A stretch of DNA of 64,000 nt from Torpedo marmorata (Eukaryota), in assembly GCA_977017645.1 (NCBI GenBank), contig OZ360220.1, positions 317,688,001 to 317,752,000 on the forward strand, given 5' to 3'. Positions 1 to 11,740 of the stretch are shown here, piece after piece. Below the pieces are notes generated by a model. The model had not been told where the DNA came from. It did not search any database and saw only the letters and a program-made list of their open reading frames with translations. The position numbers and the translations under genes are program-made. How positions within the stretch are numbered: the first letter of the stretch is position 1; every line of letters begins with the position of its first letter.

Positions 1-139
1 GCATAACCAAGTTGAATGCAAGAAAGTTCCCACATTCTTCACCACATCTAAAACATTGATTTGACAATTCTGATTTCATTTTATTCAATTTTTGTGATGT
101 AAGATACAGCTGATGTAAAAAATTATATTGAACTAATCT

Positions 140-560
140 TTAACTTACATTAATAGTGTTGGTCATGCTATCTCGACATAAATCTGACCATCTTTGTTCA
201 TCAATTATAACATTCAAATCTAGTTCCCACCTCTGTCTAGATTTATGAACTCCTTGTTTAAGGGTTCCTCTTTGTAACAAAGAGTACATTACAGAAGTAA
301 ATGTTTTAGTATTTCTTTTTCTAATAAGTTTCCACTTCACTACAACTTTGTAACAACATATCTGAACCTAATTTTTCCATTAAGTACCTTCTTAATTGAA
401 AATAACAAAAAAGAATATTATTCGTTATTCCATATTTATTTCTTAACTGTTCAAACAACATCAATTGACCCCTTTCATAACAATCTTCTATATTCTTAAT
501 TCCTTTCTGAAACCATATATTTAAAAATTGATTATCTCTTGTAAAAAGTATAAGATTATT
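140..560 (-). mobile_element. L1-clade LINE ORF2 C-terminal fragment
   Basis: ORFs 140-340 and 321-563 (WFQKGI, WELDLNV) are homologous to the other L1 ORF2 copies in the window. Confidence 0.8.
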
Positions 561-1111
561 CATGTTACAACTCTACAAATCTCTGGTGAGACCACACTTG
601 GAATATTGTGCACAGTTCTGGTCACCTCATTATAGGAAGGATGTGGAAGCTATGGAGAGGGTGCAGAGGAGATTTACCAGGATGTTGCCTGGATTGAAAA
701 ACAAGTCTTATGAGACAAGGTTAATAGAGCTAGGACTTTTCTCTTTGGAGCGTAGAAGGATGAGAGGAGACTTGATAGAGGTCTACAAGATTATGAGAGG
801 CATAGATTGGGTGGACAGCCAGCACCTGTTTCCCAGGGCAGGATCAGCCACCAGAGGACATACCGTATATTTCGGCATATAAATCAAGGCTTGAAACCCT
901 CAAAAATCACTCAAAAATGGGGGGTCGACTTATACGCCAGATATGCTTTTGAGACCTTAAATTCAACTAAAAAAAAAAAAAAAACGCTTGACGTAGATTC
1001 GGCGTATAAGACAACCCTGGAAGCACCTCCCCTCCACCGGCGCCGCCGCTCCCCGACACCTCCCCACCGCCGGGCACCGCCATAACCCGCCCAGACATTC
1101 TACAATTGTAG

Positions 1112-1353
1112 AGCCTGAGGTCGCCGCTCCTGCCCGGGAGCCCGAGGTCCCTGCTCCTGCCCGGTAGGCCGAGGTCCCTGCTCCTGCCGGGAGAACGAGG
1201 TCGCCGCTCCTGCCCGGAGAACGAGGTCGCTGCACCTGCCCGGTAGGCCGAGGTTGCCACTCCTGCCCGATATGCCGTGGACCCCGCTCCTGCCGGGAGC
1301 CCGAGGTCGCTGCTCCTGCCCAGTAGGCCGAGGTCCCCGCTCCTGTCCGGGAG
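1112..1353. repeat. GC-rich minisatellite, ~26-27 bp unit, about 9 copies
   Basis: repeated ccgaggtc(g/c)c(c/t)gctcctgcccgg(g/t)ag. Confidence 0.85.
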
Positions 1354-1510
1354 CCGACACGTAGCCGTGGTTCCTGCACTGAGCACACTTGGGCAGCAAG
1401 GCGACTTCTTCGATGTGAACGGCACCGCACCCGATGTTGAGAATGGAGTCGCCGTCGCTGACTCCGGCTGCAGCCGATGCTGAAGACTTGGACCCAGCTC
1501 CGTTTGGCAT
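1351..1510 (-). pseudogene. DMRT1: DMRT1-like exon 1 fragment inside the TIR element
   Basis: ATG at 1510 gives MPNGAGSKSS; SKKSP in an adjacent frame is followed by LPKCAQCRNHGYVS; matches recalled DMRT1 MPN...SKKSPRLPKCARCRNHGY; truncated before LKGHK. Confidence 0.8.
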
Positions 1511-2515
1511 TTTCCCGGCCAGAAGCAAAGGTTTTTTAAAGTTTTTTTTTACTTGCTTGCTTAATTTACAGATTTGTTACTTGGCGATTGGGGTGTTGTA
1601 ACAAAGTTTGGGTTGTTGCTGGGAGGCCCGGACACCAGTATCCGGCATGTTCCTTGCAGAAAATTGGGGGGTCGACTTATACGCCCGATATATGATAAAA
1701 CCATGAAAGTGAGGCTGAAAATGGGGACCTGACTTATCTGCCGGTCGACTTATATGCTGAAATATACGGTATGTACAAAGTTAAGGGAAGGAAGTTTAGG
1801 AGAGATATCAGGGGTACGTTTTTTACACAGAGAGTTGTGGGTGTCTGGAATGCCTTGCCAGGGATGGTGGTGGAGGCTGAAACATTGGGGGCATTTAAGA
1901 GACTCTTAGACAGACACATGGATGAGAGAAAAATAGAGGGTTACGGGGTAGGGAGAGTTTAGTACTTTTTATTTTAGGAAGGAATATATGGGTCGGCACA
2001 ATATAGAGGGCCGAAGGGCCTGTACTGTGCTGTAGTGTTCTATGTTCTATCTCCCTAGTCCAATGAGAATTCATGCACTCTCCAGAGTTAATAGACAACC
2101 AATTGAAACAAATGGAATGCTGTGGGGCCAGCTTCAAAAATGTTCCAACAAGAGCTCATCTCAATCAATTGCAGGGGGAGTAGTAAAGCTCTGTTCAGGA
2201 CTTCAGCTTCTGATTAACATGAGTCTGAGGAAGCAAAAAAGAGAAATTGTCTTCCCAATGTACTCCCAATGATTTATCCACTGCATTTCATAAAAGCATT
2301 CAGAACACTCATGGGCGAATTCAATAATGTGTTGAACAAAATTCATTCTCATTTATATGGAATTGAACAGCACTTCCTGAGCAAAAGAATTATTAGATAA
2401 TAATAAATTTATACCAAATGTAGCAATGGCCAAATTGATTATGAGCATCTCCATAAAGCCTAATTTCATTAAGTTTTCCATCAAACAGTGCATTCAGTCA
2501 AGAACACATAAATCT

Positions 2516-2857
2516 ATAAATATCATTTCTTCTTAAAAATTTGGAGCCCATATATGAAAGCTGTTGGTTTAAGGATTTGAAGATCTCTGGATATCGGATC
2601 TACTGGCATACTTGACCTCCATAATAGAATTAGTTTATAGATTGGCATTCTCCTTACTCTATCTTTTTCTTTCTTTTTTCTTCTTTTTTTTTTCTATTTT
2701 TATTTTCTATTTTTATTTTTATTAGATTAGTGGGTTTGGGAGGGTTGGGGAGGGGAGGGAGGGTGAAAATGTATCACAAATAACTTGATAATTTTATATT
2801 TTATTTTATGTATTTTGTGATTTAAAAATTTTAAATAAAATATTTAATAAAAAAAAC
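2516..2857 (+). mobile_element. 5'-truncated L1 (family A) 3' end
   Basis: same 3' UTR as at 16050-16370; G-tract, AATAAA, A-tail; TSD cacataaatct at 2505-2515 and 2858-2868. Confidence 0.88.
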
Positions 2858-3123
2858 CACATAAATCTCTTTCCAACTGCTCATGAAGTTTTTATGTGGT
2901 GTAGTGTTACTGGACATATTGTTGGAGCTAATAATGTTGTACTTTATCCATTACATGCCCTACATAAATTTTAAAATTTAAGTCAAATGTATTGAAAGGT
3001 ATTCTGTATATATATATTGAGCTTTTTATTGTGGATTTGAGTAGATTTGGTCAGATTTGTATCTTCATCACAAAAACACTCCATAACGTGTTGCAAAGTA
3101 AGTATAATTGTAAAATGTTGTAC

Positions 3124-3369
3124 CTTGCATTTGTATGGTTGGGCTGTTCTAATGGACTGAGAATGTAGCCTCTGTTCACCACTTCCCATTCTGGAAGCTG
3201 GACCTTTGCTACATAAAAGACACTGTTTGACCTGCTGAGTTTCTCCAGCATTTATGTTTTTTACTTCAACCACGGTGTCGACAGATTTTCGTGTTTTACT
3301 TCTGGAAGCTGGATTTCTGTTCTGGCTCCAGCTCGGTGTGAAACTGGCTACACCAAGACAGCCAACTCG
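3124..3369 (-). CDS. TRPM6: TRPM6 coding exon (246 bp including a 111-bp in-frame repeat insertion)
   Basis: ttttccccag|CGA GTT...TGC AAG|gtacaa; ends LHSQSIRTAQPYKCK (recalled TRPM6 LHSQFIRTAQPYKFK); phase 0/0; open frame throughout. Confidence 0.85.
3203..3299 (+). mobile_element. Penelope-like terminal-repeat fragment inserted in a TRPM6 exon
   Basis: 14-bp TSD ttctggaagctgga at 3189-3202 and 3300-3313; near-identical reverse complement at ~32230-32276. Confidence 0.8.
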
Positions 3370-4299
3370 CTGGGGAAAATACATTTATTTCTAAGACTGG
3401 TAATACTTCTACATATAAACTGACATGATTCAAGAGTATCATATTTCTATCTGTATTACTTCCAATTATATTTTTAAGAAAGGAATATTAAAGTGGTATC
3501 CTTACATATGCAAAAGTTGTTGACACTGTCGCAGCCTGGGAGGTGAGAATGATGAAAAAACTAGATATGTTCACTTTCACTTGTTCACGAAATTGACATC
3601 AATCTAAATCAGGGGACTGAATATACACAGTTCATAATCTAATGGGAAACCTTAAAGTTGTTACTTTTATGTAGCTCTGTGGCTTGCAATCTAATGTTGA
3701 AGTCAATCCAATTCAAGGAGGGAGTGCAAACTTGACTAGTTGTCTGACTTGCTCCAAGGTATTGCACCAAACCCAAGCCCAGGGAGCAGCATTTAAAAAA
3801 ATAAACTTGGGAATCTTAAAATGCTTTTCAAATAAATTTCAAATTTATTTTTAAATTATTGCAATGAATTGTTCATTTAGTTTTTTTATTGAATGTTTGA
3901 GAGTTTGTGTAAGTAATTTTTAGAAACATTTTAGAGTTCAAAGAGAATGTTGGAAAATATCACCAGGTCATGTCTTTCTGTAGATAAGGAGACGGGGTTT
4001 TTTTTTTTGCTTCTTGACCTTTATCCAGAATTGAGAGAAACATAGAAATTATCATGCCAAAGACAGATGTTATGGATATGATTGGGGGGGGGGGGTCAAG
4101 ACCTGGATGCAATAGCTATCATTAAAGAGGTAGTACTGAGCAAACGAGGGTCTAAAGATAGATAAGTGCTCTGGTCCTGATGGAATGCATCCCAGGGTAC
4201 TGACAGAAATGGCAGAAGTTACAGTAGAGGCTTTTGTGATTATTTACCATAATTCTCTGGACTCTGGGTAGGTCTTGGCAGATTGAAAGACAGCGAATG

Positions 4300-5050
4300 T
4301 CCAAGATCCAATTTATTGTCATGCAATAAAACAGTGTCATATCACACGAAATTCCTTTTGCCTGCTGTAAGGCAGACAGATTCGCCATCGGCAGAAATTG
4401 CCTGAAGCGCCTCTTACATTCAGAGAAAGAGAAGCAAAAGAGAGTCCCCCCAGAGTCACCCAGTGTCCGTAGATTCTCGCCTCCGCAGCCACACAGAGTC
4501 GTCCAAACCATTGGCAACCCGTGCTCCAGATCCGAACCTCCGACACGGTCAGGAACCCTTCAGCGCCTTCAGCAACCCCTCGCATCCCGGTTCCGATACC
4601 TGGTACCCCTTCAGCCAGTTTGAGCCAGTCTCCAGCAGCCCGCAGCCCGGCGAGAGTCTCCCGACAGCAGTCTCCAGCATGCCACAGCCTCCGCGGTTCC
4701 TCGCCTCAAGTCGCCAGCAGCCCGCCGCATGCATAGGTCTTTCAGCCGCAGAGCCCCCTCACTGGTCCGCCGCCGTGTTCACCGTCCTGTGGGTCGTCTC
4801 CTCTGCTTCTCCTTCTCAGACGGGGGATGGTCTCCCTGTTTTCTGGTGCCCTGCGCCAGTCCTCCGCTCCCCTGGAGTCTGCAACCCCTCGTGGCTGCTG
4901 CCGATCAGAGGCGCTGCCATCTTGGGCGCAGACCCCGCGGTCACGGGATTTTAAATAAAACCACTGTTGGCTCCTTTAACGGGCTGTTCAAAGCCCGTGC
5001 GGAGCTGACAGCAGTTGACTGGGCGGTTGGACCCCGCGGGAGCGCTGTAT
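4300..5050 (-). mobile_element. GC-rich non-coding retroposon, 5'-truncated copy
   Basis: highly similar to 63075-63850; AATAAA plus tcttg-type tail on the minus strand; interrupts CR1. Confidence 0.7.
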
Positions 5051-6108
5051 CTCCGCTATTTAAAAAAGGATGTAGGAAAAAGGCAGGTAATTATAGGCCA
5101 GTTAGTTTAACATCTGTGGTTCGGAAACTACTTGAAGCTATCATTAAAGAAGAAATAGCGAGGCATCTGGAGCGAAATGGATCCATCAGGCAGACACAGC
5201 ATGGATTCAGCAAACGCAGGTCCTGTTTGACGAACTTACTGGAGTTCTTTGAGGATATAACGAGCGTGGGCCATAGAGGGGAGCAGGTGGATGTTGTTTA
5301 CTTGGATTTCCAGAAGGTGTTCAATAAGGTGCTGCATAAAAGACATACATAAGATAAGGATGCATGGAGTTGGGGATGATGTATCAGCATGGAGAGAGGA
5401 TTGGTTAACCAATAGAAAGCAGAGAGTTGGGATACAGGGCTGTTTTTCTGGTTGGCAATCAGTGGTGAGCGGTGTGCGCAGGGGTCGGTGCTGGGCCCGC
5501 AACTGTTCACGATGTACATTAATGATGTGGAAGAGGGGACAGAGTATAGTGTATCTACGTTTGCTGGTGACAATAAATTTAGTGGAAAATGAAATTGTGC
5601 AGAGGATACAGAGAATCCGCAGAGAGATGTAGATACGATAAGTGAGTGGGCAAGGGTCTGGCAGATGGAGTACAATATTGGCAAATGTGAGGTTATCCAC
5701 TTTGGAAGGAAAAATGTAAGATCAGATTATTATATAAATGGCAAGTGACTGCAGCATTCTGCCATGCACAAGGACTTGGGAGTGCTTGTGCATGAATTTC
5801 AAAAGGTTGGTTTGCAGGTGCAGGAGGCTATCAAGAAGGAAAATGGAATGTTGGCTTTCATTTGCTAGAGAGATTGAATTTAGGAGCAGGGAGGTTATGC
5901 TGCAACTGTACAGGCACTGGTTAAGCCGCATCTGGAGTACTACGTACAGTTCTGGTCTCCTTACTTGAGGAAGGATGTACTGGCTTTGGAGGCGGTGCAG
6001 AGGAGGTTCACCAGGTTGATTCCAGAAATGAGGGGGTTGGCCTACGAGGAGATATTGAGTCGTCTGGGGCTGTACTCACTTGAATTTAGAAGAATGAGAG
6101 GGGATCTT

Positions 6109-6204
6109 TTTTTAAAAAATATTTTATTTAAAATTTTAAATCACAAAATACATAAGGTAAAATATAAAATTATCAAAATACTTGTGATACATTTTCACCC
6201 CCAA
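6109..6204 (-). mobile_element. L1 family A extreme 3' tail
   Basis: reverse complement of the L1 3' end; TSD agaggggatctt at 6097-6108 and 6207-6218. Confidence 0.85.
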
Positions 6205-6222
6205 TAAGAGGGGATCTTATAG

Positions 6223-7173
6223 TGTTACGAACTAACAAACCCTGTTAGTACTAACAAAGGAACAGCAATGGAAGATGCACCAGACAATGGTAAATTCAAA
6301 AGAATAGTTTTATTTGAACTATTAATAATATAACATATATTACTTATCTCTAAACTTAACTCTAACTTAAACCCCACTATGCGCAAATGTAAATGTGTGT
6401 GTGTTAAAGTCCAAACTAGTTCAGTTTAAACTTAAATCTGAAAAGTCACATTTAAAGTCCAGTTTCAAACTTCTCGTTGTATTTCAAGATCTTTTTAAGC
6501 TCACGAGTCTTTTGATGAGTTGTCTTCAGATGTGTTTTCACAAGTTTCCCCCTATCTTGTTCGGGTTATGAAACTACAAACTTCACAATGATTTCTTTCT
6601 TAATCAGGAGTAACATACGGTGATGTCCTATTTTCTTAGAAGCAATTGGAAAGTGGTCTTACTTATTTTAAAAGCCACTTATTATGTATTTCCTATGATA
6701 AGGATAATACACAGAGACAGTACCTCTATCCATTCAGAGATCACTGCTCAAATAATTCTGTCTTTCCAGAACGTCAAAGTTCTTCAGACTGCTTCAATCC
6801 CTGTTCTTTCAGGGTTCTTAAGTTTCTTCAGTCTGGCTCAGTCTGATTCAAAATGTCTGATTTCTTCAATAATATGGGTCTCTGACATCAATGACATCCG
6901 TCTGAATTCTTGGAAACCATGTGACCACTTCCTGGAATCTTTACAGTTGCCAGCTCCAGTTTCTTGGAAACCACGAGACCTTCATAACTCTGTCTTGCAG
7001 ACGTCACGACTCCGAAAGATGACCTCACTTCTCTTAGTAATGGTTTTTTTCTGCAAATGTGCTGTGACCGGTGTGTGACCCTGTACCAGACCACAACTAA
7101 CCTTACTTAACAATATATATAATTCTATAACTTAACTTTAAATATTAATATTAACATTAACACATCCATTACA
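6223..7173 (-). repeat. 3' LTR (951 bp)
   Basis: tgttacg...cattaca; direct repeat of 16882-18804. Confidence 0.92.
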
Positions 7174-7298
7174 CCTCCTTTCCACTGAGAAAATTTTGAA
7201 CTTCTAAAAGGTAAAAATTTTAAATTACAATCTACCATTTGTTTGATAGATTTCTCACACAACATGATACAAACAAATATTGCAGAAATAATGTAAGT

Positions 7299-10200
7299 TC
7301 AACATCTAGACAGGCAATCAGCAAAGACATTGTCCTTGCCTTTAATATGAGTTATTACTAAGTCATATTCTTGCAAAATTAAACTCCAGTTCAACAATCT
7401 TCTATTTTTATGTTTCATTTTACTCAAAAACACCAATGGATTATGATCAGTGTAAACCACAATTGATCCCATAGCATTGCAAATATAAACCTCAAAATGT
7501 TGCAAAGCCCATACAAGAGACAATAATTCCTTTTCAATAGTAGAATAATTCTTTTGGTGTTGATTGAACTTCTTAGATACATAAGCCACTGGATGCTCAA
7601 TACCATCATTTTCACTCTTCTGCAATAAAACTGCTCCTGTTGCGTCATCACTAGCATCTAATGCTAAAGAGAATGGCTTTCCAAAGTCAGGTGACCTAAG
7701 CATAGGCCTGTGACATAAAATGGCTTTTAGTTTGTCAAAAGCTTCTTGACAAATTGTTGTCTAAATAAACTTTTCACCCTTTTTCAAAAGATTAGTCAGA
7801 GGAATGGCAATGTCAGCAAAATTTTTACAGAACTTTCGGTAATACCCAACCATTCCTAAAAATCTCCTCACAGCTTTCTTACCCGTGGGTACAGGAAATT
7901 CAATAATTGTCTGAAGTTTAGCTTGAACAGGCGCCACTTTTCCTTAGCCAACAACATAACCAAGATAAGTCACCTCAGCATGACAAAATTCACTTTTAGC
8001 TAAATTAACAGTAAGATTGGCTTTCAAAAGTTTATCAAACAATTTCTCTAACGCAGAGATGTGTTCTTCCCATGTATCATTCCCTGTAACCAAGTCATCA
8101 ATATAAGCATCTGTATGTTTTAAATCTTGAGTCACAGAATTAATCATCCTTTGAAATGTTCCTGGAGCATTCTTCATTCCAAATGGTAAAACATTGTACT
8201 CATATAAACCCGCTGGGGTTACAAAGGCTGAAATTTCCCTTCTTCTTTCTGTTAAAGGCACACACAAGTAACCTTTTAATAAATCTATCTTTGTAATAAA
8301 TTTAGCTTTTCCAATCTTATCCACACAATCATCCACCCTAGGGATAGGATAAGCACCTGTTTTTGTCACTGCATTAACTTTTCTATAATCAGTGCAAAAT
8401 CTAACTGTCCCATCTGATTTAGGTACCAGTACACAAGGTGAACTCCAATCTGAAGTAGAATGTCTAATAATATTATTCTTTAACATGTACTCAATCTCTT
8501 GATCTACCTGTTTACATTTTTCAATGTTCATTCCATATGGATGCTGTTTGATAGGTCTTTCCTCTCCAACATCAACATCGTGGCAAGCGATGGAAATTCG
8601 TTGAGGCACATCCGGAAACAACTTTCTGAATTTTAAAATCAACTGTTTCATTTGTTCCATTTCCTGAGGTTTCAAATGAGCCAACTTCTCATCCAAATTT
8701 TTCAATATACTTGAATTAGGCAAATGAACTGGAACAATATTCTCTTTAAAATGACTCTCACAAGAATCAGCTTGCATGGTCTCATGATCCATTACCTCAG
8801 TTTTCTCCACAACCAATACCTCTGGTGAAGGCTGCTTCTGCCTAACATCCATATCCTCAAAATAAGGTTTTAACATGTTAACGTGGCAACTCTGTGTTTT
8901 ACGTCTCCTATCAGGAGTTTTAACCACGTAATTAACTTCATTTACCTTAGATTCTATTTCATAAGGTCCTGAAAATTTTGCTCTAAGAGGATTAGAAATT
9001 GTTGGAAAAAGAATTAACACCTTATCCCCTGGTTTAAAATTTCTCTCTCTGGCTTTGCTGTCGTACCAAAACTTCATATCTCCTTGAGCCATTTTTAAAT
9101 TCTCCTTAGGTATCTGACAGACCTTCTGTAAATGATCTTTGAGCTTTGAAACATAATCTAACAAATTTAACTGTACATCCTCATTAACCCACTGTTCTTT
9201 CAACAACATTAAAGGTCCCCTAACCTCATGTCCAAATACCAATTCAAAAGGACTAAAGCCTAATGATTCTTGTATTGTTTCCCTTACTGCAAACAAAAGT
9301 AAATGAACACCTTCATCCCAGTCCTTCTCATTTTCACAACAATAAGTCCTCATCATAGTTTTTAAAGTCAAATGGAATCTCTCCAAAGCTCCCTGAGATT
9401 CTGGGATATATGCAGATGATGTAATTTGCTTAGCTCCCAATTTATAAAATAACTACTGAAATACACCTGACATAAAGTTACTCCCCTGATCTGTCTATAT
9501 TTCTTTCGGCAAACCAAATGAAGTGAAAAATTTCACTAGAGCCCCAGACACAGTTTTTGCTTTAATATTCCTAAGTGGTATTCCTTCAGGAAACCTAGAA
9601 GCTACACACATAATGGTCAACAAATATTCATTTCCAGCTTTTGTTTTGGGCAATGGACCAATACAATCCACAATAACTTTGGAAAAAGGTTCTCCAAAAA
9701 CTGGAATAGGTTTTAAAGGTGCCACTGTGGGACTTTGATTAGGCTTCCCCACAACCTGACAAGTGTGACAGGTCCTACAAAATCTCTTAACATTTTTTAT
9801 TAAATTAGGCCAATAAAATTGTTTCATAATTTTATAGGTAGTTTTCCTTACCCCCAAGATGCCCACCTAAAGGTGTGCTGTGGGCCACGTTTAAAATCTC
9901 ATCTCTATAAGCTTAAGCAACCACAACCTGGTGAACAACTGTCCATTCTTCATTAGCAGGAATTTCAAGTGACCTCCATTTTCTCATCAATATACCCTCT
10001 TTGAAATAGTAACCAACTGGCACTTTCTTAATTTCTTCATTAGAGAGGGCTTTATCCTTAACGTCAGCAAGATCAATATCTTCATTTTGTTTCTCTATTA
10101 ATATTTCCCTGGAGAGTGACAAATCTTTTTCCATCTGCTGTTCACTGTCACAGACTTCCAACCCTTTTAATTCATTTTGTACATTACTGCTTTCACTGGC

Positions 10201-11740
10201 AAGCCTTCTTGCCATCACCCTTGTCACTGCACACGCTGGATATATATCTAAATCTGTCTCTGTTTCATCAATGACTGGCTTATCTGTTAATTTCACTGCA
10301 GGGATGACTTTACCTTCTGCCAAATCATTTCCTAATAATAACAAAATACCATCCATTGGTAAACTGGATCTAATCCCTATTTGAACAGGTCCATTAACTA
10401 ATTCTGATTTCAACATTATCTTGTGCAAAGGTATCGATTCCGAATCACATCCAAAACCTTTAATCAAATTTATTTCACCTGTGGCAGTCTTATCATTAAA
10501 CTCCAAAACACTGACTAACACAAGTGACTGAGCTGCCCCAGTATCTCTGAGTATTTTTACTGTTACCTGTGGTGATCCTTCCTCTAATGAAACTTTACCC
10601 TCTGACACAAAATATTCAAATTCCTCCCTAATCTTACCAGCAGATCCTTTTTTACTACCATGTATTTCATCTCTTTGAATACAAGCCTCTGGTACGGCTT
10701 TCTGTTCTCTCTTTCTCTTCAAGGAAAAACAGTTCGCTACCACATGACCAGGTTTCTTACAATAATTACAAAATGGACCAGAAAGTTTTTCATTTCCGGG
10801 CTTTTTTTCTTCTGTACCTCTAGCACCATTTCCCCATTTACTCTCTTCCTTAATTGGATACTTAAAATTACCTTCTTTAAAAGGTTTACCTTCTGAAAAA
10901 TGTCGATTGGGTACAAATCTGACTTTGAGAGTTGAGGCATATTCATCGGCTAATTTAGCAGCCTCCTGCCAAGTTGTCACTCCCTTTTCATCTAAATATG
11001 TTTTGATATCATGAGGAACACACCTTTTAATTTCCTCAACTAACATCAACTCTTTCAGTCTGTTACAATCACCATTTATTTCTTTTGATGTGCACCATCG
11101 GTTAAAGCACACAGCTTTATTATAGGCAAACTCCATATAGGACTGGTTCCCAGCTTTCTTCAAAGTCCTGAATTTTTGTCTATATGCTTCTGGAACCAAT
11201 TCATAAGCCTTAAGCACAGCTTGCTTTACAATACATAATCAGTTGCTTGTTGGATGGTAAGAGCAGAGTAAGCCTGCTGAGCCTTTCCTCTAATTACACT
11301 CTGTAACATGAGGGACCAATGGTTTCTTGGCCATTTCAAACTCTCAGCCACTTTCTCAAAGTGTTGAAAATATTTATCAATATCATCCTCATTAAATGGA
11401 GGAACTAACTTTATCTCTCTACTAGACATAAAATTCTCACGAGAACCAAGATATAAAGCTCCTGCTCCTCTCATCTCTAGTTCAAACCTCCGTTTTTTTC
11501 CAGCTTCTTCTGCCTCAAATCTCCTTTGCCGTTCTGCTTCCTCTCTTTGTTTTTCCTATCTCTCAGAATTCTATATTTTTCTAAGTCCATCTCCTTTACA
11601 CGTAGTTCAATCTCCATTCTACGTCTCTCTAACTCAACCTGTTCCATCTGTACCTGCTGCTTAAGAGGTTTACTCTCAAGAAATAGTTTTAACTCCTCTT
11701 TTTCAAAAGTCCCCTCTTTTAACATAAAATAACTTAACAA
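7299..11740 (-). pseudogene. Gypsy gag-pol (gag, PR, IN, RT, RNase H) with stops and frameshifts
   Basis: collinear ORFs 11477-11740, 11226-11474, 9913-11217, 9495-9866, 7944-9440, 7299-7703. Confidence 0.92.

Larger units (their letters stand above)
863..1769. mobile_element. Non-autonomous Tc1/mariner (pogo-like) TIR element with captured host sequence
   Basis: TIR ccgtatatttcggcatataa / ttatatgctgaaatatacgg (1 mismatch); TA TSD at 861-862 and 1770-1771; subterminal gtcgacttata repeats near 925, 1671 and 1744; removal restores the CR1 frame. Confidence 0.9.
561..2050 (+). mobile_element. CR1 LINE 3' fragment split by a DNA transposon
   Basis: LVRPHLEYCAQFWSP...TRGH resumes as MYKVKG...FFTQRVV at 1771; tgttctatgttcta tail. 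Confidence 0.9.

Noticed and set aside
1112-1353. CRISPR-like array
   Set aside because: Vertebrate DNA; tandem units without unique spacers; no cas genes.
963-1430. Overlapping 150-aa ORFs as real genes
   Set aside because: They result from a stop-poor GC-rich minisatellite; only the DMRT1-like segment is meaningful.
1351-1510. Functional DMRT gene at this locus
   Set aside because: The DM domain stops before LKGHK, there is a frameshift relative to SKKSP, no splice donor or further exons are seen, and it is enclosed in TIRs.
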